From assembly GCF_009914755.1 (NCBI RefSeq), contig NC_060927.1: a stretch of DNA of 64,000 bases, one strand, 5' to 3'. A program made the position numbers and the translations under genes. Source of the stretch: the human T2T-CHM13v2.0 reference genome, Homo sapiens. The notes beneath the pieces were generated by a model, which was given only the letters and a program-made list of their open reading frames with translations, was not told the DNA's origin and did no database searches. How positions within the stretch are numbered: the first letter of the stretch is position 1; each line of letters starts with the position of its first letter. Positions 26,731 to 40,620 of the stretch are shown here, in pieces.

Positions 26731-27686
26731 GCACTGAGGATATATACAAGGCATCATAGGTTTGGAGTCAGATCTGGATTCAAATTCTTTCTCACCAGTG
26801 ACATTGAACAACTTAATTTATCTAAGATTGTTTCTTAGAGATAATGACACTGACCTCATAAGGTCATATTGTAAGGAAAAATTTGAGAATGTATAAAGCA
26901 CTATACACAGTGGCTTACACATGGTAAGTGCTTAATAAATGTTGGGTATTATCATTAATACAGTATTTATAATATTGTTAATACAGCATAGCCCAGGTAG
27001 AGGGCAAAGCACAAAGCTGTTTTCCATCCTTGGGGTGACTGCAGAAGCAGGTTGATTTGGCAGATGTGCTGTAGATACTGTGTCCCTAGTGAGCAGCTGT
27101 GGCATAGCAATATCAATAGCTTAGAGCAAGCATTGCCCCAGTGAGCCAGGGCAGGAGAGGAGGAAGGTGGTGCACACCAAGTGGTGGCTCAAAAGATGAG
27201 CAATTGGCAGTGAACAATGGTATTGCCAATTGTGCTTAGTCTCAGTAAGCACGGATAGCTACAGCACCAATAACTTCATGTCTGTGTCTAGTATACACCT
27301 GGGTTGTTGGAATTTCATTAGCCTCAGTCTTGAGGGATTATGTTCAAGGCTACCAAGACTAAGTGTCTGATTTCAACCTGTTTTCCCAAATGTACAAAGG
27401 ACTCCTGCTTTTGTTACATTTATGATCCTAATTTGTTATTTTAAGGTCTTTCAAATTGGAGCTGTCTCTTCTGTCCCCCTTTATTCCCTATTTGCAGACA
27501 AGATCATATTTCAGTTCTTTGGCCACAGTGAAAGAGAAACTGAGAGACACCAAGAATCTGAGGCAGGTTAAAGGATTTCACTCGTTCTCTAATCCTGATT
27601 AATTACAGTGTCAGGTTTCACCTGTAGTGCTTCAGCCTTCTCAAACAGCCTTAGGTTCCAGAGCAGATAGAAATGAGGGGGCCACT

Positions 27687-27764
27687 CACATGTATATATA
27701 TGCAACAAACCTGCACGTTGTGAACATGTACCCTAGAACTTAAAGTTTAATTAAAAAAAAAAAA
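27687..27764 (+). mobile_element. Extremely 5'-truncated L1PA 3' end (about 80 bp) with TSD
   Basis: AACCTGCACGTTGTGAACATGTACCCTAGAACTTAAAGT plus A tail; TSD GAAATGAGGG(G)GCCACT at 27670-27686 and 27766-27781. Confidence 0.92.
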
Positions 27765-27814
27765 GGAAATGAGGGGCCACTTTGGCTAGGAAGGTAGACA
27801 GCAGGTAGGATTAG

Positions 27815-28328
<514 letters not shown>

Positions 28329-28709
28329 CAAAAGTGACTTTTAAGAGGGGATAGTATTACAAATAGAAGGGACTGACCCAGTGACCTTGGCACACCTGAC
28401 ATTAAGAACCATAATCACAGCCTGTTAATCTCATCTGTTTCTTTCGAGAAAGGAAAATCTTTAAGACCTTATCAGAAGGTCTTAGGCTCATGTAGGGGAT
28501 TTTCTCTAGTGGGTTCCATGACATCTGTATATGGTTTCAGAAAAATCCATTGACACACTTTCTGGCATACTGTTAGTTCTTCTCAAGGCCATTTGCATGA
28601 AAGTGAATTATGTTCATGTCGTATCTTAATGTTAGACTGTGAGCTCCTTGAAGGCAGAATTCTGATATTATTTATTTGTATGTGCTCAGAAGCCAGCATA
28701 GTTCCTGGA

Positions 28710-28808
28710 ATGCTGCCAGGTTTAGCAAAAACCAAAACAAAACATATTTGTTGTTTGTCTGAAATTCAAATTTAACTGGGTGTCCTGTATTTATTTCTTG
28801 CAACCCTA
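28710..28808. mobile_element. Internally deleted MER53 inserted in an L2 3' end
   Basis: TGCCAGGTTTAGCAAA...TCTGAAATTCAAATTTAACTGGGTGTCCTGTATTT...GCAACCCT. Confidence 0.7.
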
Positions 28809-29165
28809 TTCCTGGCACATAGCTAACCTCAATAAATATTGATGAGTGAGAGGATGAATGAATGACTAGCACAGTACCAACAAATGGAGAAATAAACTGG
28901 TAAAAACTTCAATTGACCATATAAAAGACACTCATCTAAATTATGCCTAACAATCACAGAACAACAACACTGTGTCTGGTTAACATACTACCTTTTAAAA
29001 TCTGACAGTCTGGCTTTGATTGAAGATGCATTTTCTATCCATGCTTTGTCAGCCACTTTTACTCAGTGTCCATGTGGGAAGAATACTAATCTGGTAATGA
29101 AGGTGTTTTGTTCCAACAATTTCACATCTTAATTCTGCACATTTCTGATCTCATATGTTTAATTG

Positions 29166-29171
29166 TTTATT
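29166..29171 (-). terminator. ROPN1: ROPN1 polyadenylation signal AATAAA
   Basis: TTTATT on the + strand about 110 nt downstream of the stop codon. Confidence 0.75.
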
Positions 29172-29281
29172 AGTGTGTACCAGTTGTACAAGAAAATTGA
29201 TTTTGGGTGGTATATGGGTTTCAGTCATTCTGAAGTACAATCATCTCTGTATCTTCCTTTAAAATTGCCAAAATTGTGCTT

Positions 29282-29374
<93 letters not shown>

Positions 29375-29452
29375 TTAGTTCATTGACAGTTAATCTTAAG
29401 AAAGACAATATGCAAACAACTCTCATTTCACATTAATTCTGCTGTTGCTCCT

Positions 29453-29732
29453 TTTTCTCTTTTTTTGTTTTGTTTTGTTTTCTGAGACAGGGTCTGGCTC
29501 TGTCATCCAGGCTGGAGTAACTGGTGCAATCTTGGCTCACTGCAACCTCTGCCTCCTGGGCTCAAGCTATTCTCCCAATTAACTGATACAGACACATACC
29601 ACCACGCCTAGCTAATTTTTGTATTTTTAGTAAAGACAGGGTTTCACCAGATTGCCCAGGCCGGTCTTGAACTCCTGAGCTAAAGCCATCCACCCACCCT
29701 AGGGTTACAGGTGTGAGCCGCCATGACCGGCC
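29453..29732 (-). mobile_element. Old Alu (AluJ-like) with internal deletions
   Basis: GAGACAGGGTCT...CTGGGCTCAAGC; diverged. Confidence 0.9.
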
Positions 29733-30167
29733 CTCTTTTTCTTTTAACCTTTGACTGCCTGCTTCTCCTCCTCCTCCTTCTCCACTTCTGTTCCACTGGT
29801 CATAGCTAAGCGTGAGTCAGAGTTACTAGGGGGGCTTATAAATACACAGATTCCTGGGCTCTGGCCCTAGAGTTTATGATTCCATAGGTCCAGGGTGTAG
29901 CCTGAGATTCTGCATTTCTAACATCTTCTTAGGTGCTGCTGCCGCTACTGCTAGTCTCAGTAGCACTGAAAGAATTGTTTTCCTATATCATTCTTTTCCT
30001 TCCTCTTCTCCTTCCCTTTCCCGTTTTCTTTCAGATCATGCATATTTCATGTTTCTCACAATACTTTTCTGTTTCCAGAGCAGTATAATACAATAATCTC
30101 ACTATCTTGGCCAGCTAGATTTCTTTTCCTGGTATTCTTTCACCTCCACTTGACAAAAGTTAACTTA

Positions 30168-30344
<177 letters not shown>

Positions 30345-31944
30345 CTATAAAAGTTAGATAAAATGAGGAGAAAGTTACTCTTCCAGGCAATATTCCTGAG
30401 ATCGGTTTAGATACAAGAAAGAAAACAAAAATATTGCTCTTATAAAATGAAGTGGGAACAATTTAAGATTCTAGAAAGCTTGAAATTTTTACATTCAAAT
30501 GTCACTAATTCATTCTAAAAAATATTAAGTATTGGGTATCTTTATTTCTTTTCTTTCTTTGTTGGAAGACTACTCAAGGAATTAAATTTATACATTCCTA
30601 AGTACTTTAAGATATTTGTTACTTTAGCCCGAATAACCTCACTAAAGGAGGGAAGTTGATTTGCATTCTATATAATTAGAATTATTTCTTCTTATTACCC
30701 TCCAGTCTTATCTCTAAAGGGCTGAGATAGATGGTCTAGCCTATATAGTCCAGCAGGATACTTGTGGCAATGACACAGTAGAGGAGAAGAAGGTAGGAGA
30801 AGGGTAATTTCCCCAGGAAAATGGAGTCCCAGGAAGATACTGGAAAAATGTTCTTAAACATCAAGATAAACGTTCCTCTAAAGCATCTGGGTCCATCTAA
30901 ATAGAATCAGCTAGTGCTTTATTTCATACTACATAATACTAACCCTTTTATTGCTGGGGAAATATTGGTTGACAATGAGTGCCAGGAATTTTAATAGAAG
31001 GGTTACTACAGAAGCAAACCCTCCTTGCAATGAAACTTGAACATTAAAGGAGCATGCTCAGAACTCATCTCATGTCTTTAAATAACCCACCCTTTGAATA
31101 AATGTTACAAGCAAAAGAGTTGTGAAATGAAGGTCACCAACAGATCTTGGTGGTTTACTGAAACTGATGATGTACGGATCATCCTGACACTCTTCCAGGG
31201 ATCAGTGAAAGATCAGTTCTGAGTGGTGACTTAGGGTGAGTGAAAAAGCAGCTGCTGTATCTTCCCACATGATTAGTAGAGGAGACTTGTCCTGCCTTAG
31301 CAGTTGATGTCTGCTGTTCTCCTCTCATCCTCTCCCAGAACAGAATGATTGCCTAGATGAGGCTTCTCTAACTGTGGTGTGTGTTACCCAGGAGCGTAAG
31401 TCTATGTCAGGAGGTACTGAGGATGTGAATAAACTCTTCCTTGAGTGATAGTTTTACTTGATGGCAAGTAATTTAAACATAATTTGTAATAATTATTAAT
31501 TTTAATTGAGTTAATATTTCAAATTTGATTCTTTACATTTAATAAGCATTGTTATTTTATAAAACAGAATCTTCAATACATGATGTCAAAAAAAATTGAG
31601 TTTGAGGCAGGCCACCTTCCTTTCCTCTCCTCTGCCCCTGGGGGTCCTCTCATGGAAATTGTTGTGAAACACTGCATCTTCTACTCACTTTCACTTAATT
31701 CAGAGCAGGTGGGAGGGCAGGCATGGGGCCAACTAGTATATATGAGGCTGTCTGGGAGGATGGTAAATCATGCATGTGAGATGAGGTCAGTGGGAGAATG
31801 GTTTGGGGTAGATTTGCAAGCACACTCTGAACATTATAATTTCCACCCACAGCTCACCCTGTTTCTGTAAAAAACAAACAAATGAACAAAAACAACCCTC
31901 TGCACCCCTAATGCTTTGTTCTGTTGCCCTCTCCCATGGGGTGC

Positions 31945-32286
31945 TGGTATGGGCTGAATTGTTCCCCCTAAAGTTCATGCCAAAGCCTTAACCCCAGAAC
32001 TGGAGAATGTGATTGTATTTGAACATACGACCGTTAAAAAGATAAGTTAAAATGAAGTTAGTAGGGTGTCTTTATAAGAAGAGGAGTTAGGATATAAAGA
32101 GAGAGCCACCAGACATGTAGGCACAGAGGAACACAGTTTGAGAAGCTGGCCATTTTTAAGCCAAGGAGAAATGCCTCAGAAGAAAGCAATCCTGCTGACA
32201 GCTTGTTCCCAGAACTGTCCTCCAGAACTGAGAGACAACAAATTTCTGTTGTTCAAGCCACCAAGTCATGGCAACAAACTAACATA
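31945..32286 (+). mobile_element. MaLR LTR (MLT1-type)
   Basis: ATGGGCTGAATTGTTCCCC...TCCAGAACTGAGAGACAACAAATTTCTGTTGTTCAAGCCACC. Confidence 0.8.
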
Positions 32287-32977
32287 GCGGCTTTCAACCC
32301 TAAACATCATCTTTTATTGATTATTCAAACTACAAACCTTCAAATTCTACTGCCTCATAAGATTTTTAAGTATTTTTAAAGATTTAATAAATGGATGAGT
32401 GTATAAATAACTCTTTGGACTGGAGCTATTTGGTAAACTGACATAAACCTAAAGTAAACAGATCTTCATTCTCTTGCACAATATTTTTTTGGGATCCGCT
32501 TCACAGACATAATCTTTAAGCATCTTGCGAGCTTCATTTTCAAAGTTAGAGGTGAAAGCCTTGAAATGTAAATCGTTTGCTAACAAATATGTCATTCCTT
32601 CCAGTGAACATGATTATTTTCTACATACGTGATCTCTTCCTTTTTTAATAATCAGTTCAGTGGAACAGGAGGTGGCATAGGCCAGTCCAGAGGAAGGAGT
32701 GCTGAAGGGAGGAGGAATACAGGTCTGCATGCCATCGCATTCTGAATAATGTGTATTAGACGCAGAGAGCTCAAGATGGAGTAAATGTACCTATTACCTA
32801 CCAGAGTAAAAATTCCTGTTACTAGATCTTCTACAAGGAACAAACTGGCTTTTCTGAATGGCATAGAGATCTTGTCTTGCTATTGAATTGGCAAAGGAAA
32901 GAGAAATTCTGGGCTTGCCTCTAAGGATATATGAATTAACTAGGATGCAAGGTCTCCACCAGATGGTGACCCCTGAC

Positions 32978-33305
32978 TTAGTCTCAGCTATAATAAAATA
33001 CCTTAGACTGGGTAATTTATAAACAACAGAAATGTATTGCTCACAGTTTTGGAGTCTGGGAAGTCCAAGACCAAGAGGCCAGCAGATTTGCTCTCTGGTG
33101 AGGGCCTGTTCCTCATGAATGATGCCTTCTATGTGTCCTCACTTGGTGGAGGGGCAACTTTTATAAGGGCACTAATCCCATTCATGAGGGCTCCACCCTC
33201 ATGACCCAATCAACTCCCAGAGGCCCTACTTTTAAGGCCATCACCTTGGAAGTTGAGATTTCAATATATGAATTTTGGGAGAACACAAACATTCACACCG
33301 TACCA
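32978..33305 (-). mobile_element. MaLR LTR (MLT1A/MST-type)
   Basis: TTAGACTGGGTAATTTATAAACAACAGAAAT...GGGCACTAATCCCATTCATGAGGGCTCCACCCTCATGACC. Confidence 0.8.
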
Positions 33306-35499
33306 CTGGCCAACCCCACATTTAAGATCCCAGAAACAGTCCAGCTCCAGCATGATAGAAATGAATATAAGGGTATTGATTACTGGTTTCATAGGACACC
33401 CTTTATTTGCAGATTTAACCTCCAGGCTGACTTTATCTCTAGGGGTTCTTTGACATGGGGATGATGAGGAGCAAAGTCAGATATGTCAAGGCCTCTTAGA
33501 ATTGGAGGAGCTCACTGTTATTCAGAGGTGGGCCTGAGGGTGTCTCAGAGGAAGCAGAGAAGTGGGGATAGAATCACAGGATGTCAGAGGTAGATGAACC
33601 TCATGGAATATTGAATCCCACCTCCTTATTTTAGAAGGGAAGTAGAAAGATTCAATTCACCTCATGGTTTCCCCTCTCCAGTTTGGGAGGCAGGTACATC
33701 AGAGGAAACCTAGCATCTACACCGTGGGCTAAGCAGAGGGAGGGTTGGAATCTGACTTTCCAAAGTCACTCTTTGTTACTGTGAGGTATGGGGATAAGGG
33801 AAGAACTCAGACACACCACACACTGGTGAGGGTCTGTGAAGTAGACCACCAGAGCCAGGGAGCAGATAGGACAGCCTGGCAGAGAATCAAGGAGGCCCTC
33901 GACACCATTGAGAACTGAAATGAGCCAGTGGGGGAGGCATCATCAGCCTTTCACCAGTCCGGGAGAGACGAGACCAAAAACTTAAGCTGCAAGCAGCTAG
34001 CGACCAGACAGACAGGCATTACCATGGAGACCAGAGATGCCAGGGAAGACTAAGGGATGTGAGAAACCCTTCACTTGACTGCTCTGTGGTCCTAGAGTCA
34101 GCTCTTTCTGCCTACATTCAACTGCCATCTTGGAGAAGAGAGCGTGGTGAGGAAAAACCTGAGATACTGGGAAATTTACCTTTAGGCTGTTTCAGTTACT
34201 GCATCAGACTAAAATTTCAGGATTGGATTGAATTTATTTATTTTCTTATTTGACCCTTTGTGGGTGGGGTAGACCAAGAAGATCCAAATTAACTACAGAT
34301 AAAATTTTAAAGGTATATTTTCCCCCAAAAACGTCTCCAAATGTGGTGTGAAAAAAATCTGTAACCCTATGAGAATTTAATAAAATATGTTCATTTTTTA
34401 TCTTCCTGTTTGTGATTTTCCCCAGTCCTGACTGACAACTCATAGGCCTCTGCTGCTTACTTTCCTTTCCTCCTCAGAGGATAGTGATTTATTCAGTAAT
34501 AAATGCTATAAAGGACAATGAAGAAAGTGCCACAAATGTCCTCTTGTTTACTTCTCTCTAAAGAAATGATTATGATGAAGGCTGTAGGGGAATCTATAGG
34601 AAATTTGGACTACAATATTTCCACTAAATTTTCTCAGAAACAAACCTGTCAAATATGTATTCCAAGCATATTTGAGAAGAACAAGATTATGTTTAGATAT
34701 GCTGAATGATTCAGACTACCTTTTCATACCATTTGGTTTTGGCAGAGGCAATTATTTTCTCAATAATTTTCAAACTTGTATGTATCTCAGGGATTCTTTT
34801 AAAAAAACACGTTTTTGATTCATTTTAAGTTATTTTAACAATGTTTAGCAATGTAAGTCCACATATAAGATACCCAAGCTTTAAATATCTATACATATAA
34901 GCTGATTTCAGCATCTTTGGCTTCAAAACAGTAAAATTGCATTTCCAATATCAAACAAGTCAAATTTGGAAAAGGCATAAATCTGTATGAACATCCTGCA
35001 TCCATGGAGATGTCATGACTAAATTCAGAAATAGCCTCATCTCTCTTTTTTTTTGCTTTCTTATGTCTGAGTTCTGCATCCAATTCTGTTTATTACATAG
35101 TTTTCGATAAGATTGTACCCCTTTTAAACAGTGTCTATTGATATATATTCTAGGTGTCTGGAAGTCTTTTTCTACAGTCGGCTCTTGGTTGTCTCTGGGA
35201 ATATGAATGGAAGGAGCGGAGTGAAAATAAATCTGAGGGCAATATTCATAAATAATCCAAGAGCTACACTGTAGTCAACTCTCCCCAGAGCCTGACCACA
35301 GTGTTTCCCTCTCTCCTCCTCCCAACCCCTGCCACTGCCTGACGAGCACAGAAATGACCTTGCTTTAGAGAGGAGAAGGACAAGAGGAGAAGAGGCATGT
35401 TTATCATCAGCCCTGCAGAGTTGACCGCGTGTATAGATGCACTGCCCTTCCAGGCCCAGAGGGAGATTTCCCCTTCAGGAACAAAAAACAGTCAAGCTA

Positions 35500-35823
<324 letters not shown>

Positions 35824-36969
35824 TTATCTTTGCAAATCCTAGTGAAGAGCATGCTGAAATATAATTTATTAATTGTCAAACTTTAGGTGTCAGAATTATG
35901 CAAAAGATATACATTTATATTACATTTTAATTTCTGGTGATGCTTTTATCTGCTATTGTATTCCTAAATTGTTTTATTCCTTATATGACAGATAGAAGAG
36001 CCTGAAAACAAAACCAAGGGGTAGAGGGCTTACCTGAGACCACTAATGAATGGTAAAATTAGAACAAGACATAGGTCTGTTTCTTCCCGATTGCACTGAG
36101 TTCTTAGCTCTAGACCTCAAGTGCATCCCTCATGCTTTCCCAGGAATGATATGGGGTATGTGGCTGACCTGTGGGGATTTGGTCTGGATGCCTAATGTTG
36201 CTTGATCCCAGGTATTTTAGAGCTCTGTCATGTTCACTGCACAAGGTACTTGGTAGATAAAAGGAGGGAAGGTGACTGGTTGTTGGCCACCAATGCAACA
36301 AGAGCACAGATGCCCGATGAAGTGCTCCAACACCTTTCCTGACTGTCTGATTCTAGTGAAATGCTAAGCCTCTGGGACCAAGGTGGTTAGCCAAGCCAGT
36401 CCTAAATCACCCCAAACCGCTCTGTCCTGGACCATAAAGCAGGGTTTGGTGGTGCTCAACCATATGTCCTGGGAATTGGCCAAACCACAAACTTTCTCAA
36501 GCTGCACCTTCCTCATGCATTCATTCACCAGGCAGCTCCCAGGATGATGTGGCTATGAAGAGGCTCACAGCCTCTCCCTAAAAGCTAAAAGCAATGTCTG
36601 GACCTTGGATAGCTGGGGAGCTAAAATATGCCCTTCCCCAAACTGTGATTTTCATCATATTACAGTCTTGATCAGTAAGGAGACACTGTCCAGTGACTGA
36701 GGACTTGCACTTTTCTGGAGAGACGAGATTAGCATTGCATTGAGCCCCTGTACATTCTGCCAGCTTCAAGGAAATCTGGGATGACCCCACCAATGACTCA
36801 GCCTACAGCCTATTTCAAAATTATTCCCATTTGCCAAGGAAAGATTTACTTTCAGTCCACGGTTTAGTGTATTTTAGGGTGGTGCTAAGTGGTCAGCTGA
36901 CTGTCAGGAGAACAGAGGGCTTTTTGTCTGTACCCACCCAGCCTCAACACTGTCCCTACATTCTCCTCA

Positions 36970-37167
<198 letters not shown>

Positions 37168-37525
37168 CTAGCAATCCTTCCACCTTCTTCTGAGGGAAGG
37201 AGGTAGAGAAAGGAACCTTTGTTAAGTGGCTTCTATGTGTCATTGTGTTTAGTTCACTTACATATGGGAAAAGTCTGAATGTGTTACTCTCCACTTAGGG
37301 CATAGAGAATGCTTAGAGAATACAAAGCTTTGTTCTTCTCTAAGGATGAGGAAGAACCAAGAAAAGTTTGGGTATGCAATTCCCTGGAGCATATTGGGTT
37401 CAGGTTTCTTTTTCAGTCATCTCTGAGTGTTTTATACACGCAGATGTATATTACATATGTATATATAATATTGGGAAGAGAAGTTGGAAGAGAACTAAAA
37501 AGTAATGTACGTAAGAAAGGGGAAG

Positions 37526-37682
37526 GCAGCACAGGAATGGTGGCTAGGGCCTGTAATCTGGTGACTCCAGGCTGGAGGACCACTTAAGCCCAGGAGTTTG
37601 AGGCTGCAGTGAACTATAATTGTGCCACTACACTCCAGACTGGGTGACAGAGTGAGACCCCCATCTCTGAAGAAACAAAAAA
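37526..37682 (+). mobile_element. Alu monomer (FLAM/FRAM-like)
   Basis: GCCCAGGAGTTTGAGGCTGCAGTGA...CACTCCAGACTGGGTGACAGAGTGAGACC followed by an A-rich tail. Confidence 0.85.
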
Positions 37683-40081
37683 GGAGGGAAGGGGAAGAGA
37701 TGGAAGTGTCCTGGGGTGAATCAGGAAGGGTTTCTGGCTGGAGGTAGTGAGGCTTGGGGCTTCAAGAGGGAAGGGAGAGAGCATTGGCAGGGCAGCCTGC
37801 AAGGCTCAGGAGAGAAGAGAAGCCGAAGAAGGTTTGAGACAATCTTAAGCTATATGGTGCCTCTGAAATGAAACTGTTTCTCCATCTTCCCTCAAAATTT
37901 TCAGTGAAATCTGCCTGCTCCTCAATGTTTTGTGGAGTGGACTTCGTTTGGGGGCATTGTGGAACAAGTACTGAGTTCTGTTTCAGGACTGGCATAAGAT
38001 GAAAAGAGGCTGCCTGCAGCAGGGAATGGACATGAGCCGCTGACATGTGGGTCACCAATGCAGCATGGCAGGGTCTGTCTCCATCAAAAGCCTGGTTATT
38101 GACGATCCATGAACCACAAATTTCTGTCCCGCCCTGCTTTTTTCCCTCCATTACTTCCTCCAGATCCAGGTAGTATGAAAATAATATAGAGGGAATTTTG
38201 TAAAAGTCCGTTTCAGGGTCAAGCCATACAATGATGGGCTAACCATTGCCTGTCTCTGAGCCACGTAGCAAGGCAGAGCGAAAGCTACATGGACTAAAGC
38301 AGTAATTGCCAGTCACCCCTTGGAGGTCATCAGCAGGAAGGGCACCTTTAACAATGTGCATGAGAAATCTCTGCACACAGATCAGTGTTGGGGTGGGTGG
38401 GTTGTGGGTGCAATATGACAATAGGAGCAGGGTGTGGCCTCAGGCTTTATAAACCAGACTTGGGTGGTATAAATGGGAGGGACAGAGACACACAGCACCT
38501 CATTCCACAGAAGTGCTGCCCAGGTAGAGTAACACTCATCACCAACATCTCTGGACTTCTTGTGGAATTGGTTAGACAACATGGAAGCAAAGCTGTAATC
38601 ATGGATTTCGTTCTTTGGGTTATTGAGCTTCATTTGCAAGTGATCAGGTCCATGGTTATACACATATATTGCAAATTTGTGTTGTAACACATGCCTACCA
38701 GAGGACAAATAAGTATATGTCCTGCCGATGCCTGGTAAGAGGTTTCTTCATTGACAACACATATGTAGGGAAATTCTTACTTGCAATGGATTAAAAACGT
38801 ATTTTGTCTTGGAAACACTTTGCAGAGTTTTATTCTCTAAAATGCTACAGGTTTTAAGTAAGTCACATACAACCATCTGAGCAGTGCTTTTCATGTCTGG
38901 ATAGAATGGAGGGGGCTCTTAGGTCATGCCCTCCTTTTTCATTGTGGTTAAACTACAAACTAAGTTTTCATGGATGTCTAAAAAAATTATAGCACGTGAT
39001 ACAATACGAGAGCAAGCAGTCTACAATAGTGGAATGCCTCTTCCATAAATGTCAGGGACAATACTAAGCAATGTCAGTTTGCTTACTATAAAACGGCAGC
39101 ACAAGAACAATCAAATGGGTTTGAAACTAACGTATAAGATAAAGTCTGTCTATCTGACTATGCCAAAATAAATTAGTCTTCTGAAGCTAAAGTTCAATCT
39201 TAGAGGCAATATATAAAATTTAAAATGGAGAACTAAACAGGGCTCATTACTAGGCAAAGCAACCCCCATTTATGTTTCTTTTTATGAGCACCACTGGCTT
39301 ATTTTCCTTCCAATTGTAAAAGCTACATCCTAATCCAGTCCAGGAGCACAGCACTGGCCCAGAGACTCCGAAAGGCCCCTCTTAGATGCCATTTTGTGTC
39401 TTCTCAAAGGTGTCCACACTCTCCCCACCATCTGCCCAGGACACCCACTCACAACCTCAGCCTGAGGACATCTTCCCTTCCCCAACTCACTGGCTTTCTC
39501 TCAACGGCCTCTCTCACTCTCACTTTCCCACTGAAACCCTCCTAAGCAGGGAATCATCAAACAGTAAAAATAGCCTGAAAATGGTCCGTGAGGTCTAGTT
39601 ATCTTCCAACTCCTGTCTCAAGTCCTGGTTCCCCAGTTTCAAGCAGGCAAGTTTGTCCAAGGAGCAATTTCATAGCTGAGAGGCTTTCTGTGCAAAGCTA
39701 CTTCAATCCAGGCCCGCAGCGATTGTTGTGTAAGCTCCATCTACTGAGCAGCCTCTGGAGGTCTCTCCTGAAAGAAGGCACCCGTGTTTGAGGCACACTG
39801 TTTTCAGCCATGCCTGAGGACCCCATCACTCTGCTTGGCCTTTCCCCAGAATGCAGTGTGTACTGTGCGGACATCTTTATGTTGGCAGAACAAAATCAGT
39901 TCAGAGAAACACTAAAGAAAATAACAATAATTTCCTCCAAGACAAGATATAAAGGGTCTTTGGTTGGGTCCAAGTATGAGTTTTAACAGCAGGGGAGGAA
40001 GTGTCTCCTTAAAGGAGTGAACTAGCAGGACTGGTCCCACCCCATCCACCCAGGGCTGTCGCTTCCCTCCCCCGGCTGCAC

Positions 40082-40098
40082 TGCTGCCATCTAGTGGT
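40082..40098 (-). promoter_or_regulatory. CTCF motif
   Basis: Minus strand reads ACCACTAGATGGCAGCA, a near-perfect match to the CTCF core CCASYAGRKGGCRS. Confidence 0.65.
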
Positions 40099-40434
40099 GA
40101 GACAGGAGAACGAAGAAAGGCAGATTAAGCTTCGGAGATTCCCAGCCCTTCTTTCCACCGGGAGTGGGAAAAGGCGTGCAGGGAGGAGGTGGGTGTGCAT
40201 ACGCTGGTGTGACGCGGTCATCTAACTTGCTGCTTGCCCCAGGACACGGCCTATTGACCTGGCGTCCTACTGCTCAATCTGGCTCCCTTAGGGGAGGCAT
40301 CCCATCCTTGCCCAGCTAGATGTAGCATTTATGTGTGGATTTTAAAGCATCAAAGCAATGCAAGAGCTAAAACAAAGACGATGCCAGTTAGTCCGGACTT
40401 CCTAGCTGCAGCCATGACAACCTCCGCGGTTTTA

Positions 40435-40620
<186 letters not shown>

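Noticed and set aside
28710-28808. MER53 as a possible miR-1302 source
   Set aside because: The centre and most of one arm of the palindrome are deleted, so there is no precursor hairpin.
31160-31230. C/D box snoRNA-like pattern (TGATGA...CTGA...CTGA) on the + strand
   Set aside because: The C box lacks the leading purine, the span is short, the terminal stem is weak, and it is antisense to ROPN1 with no host transcript. An Infernal/Rfam search would settle it.
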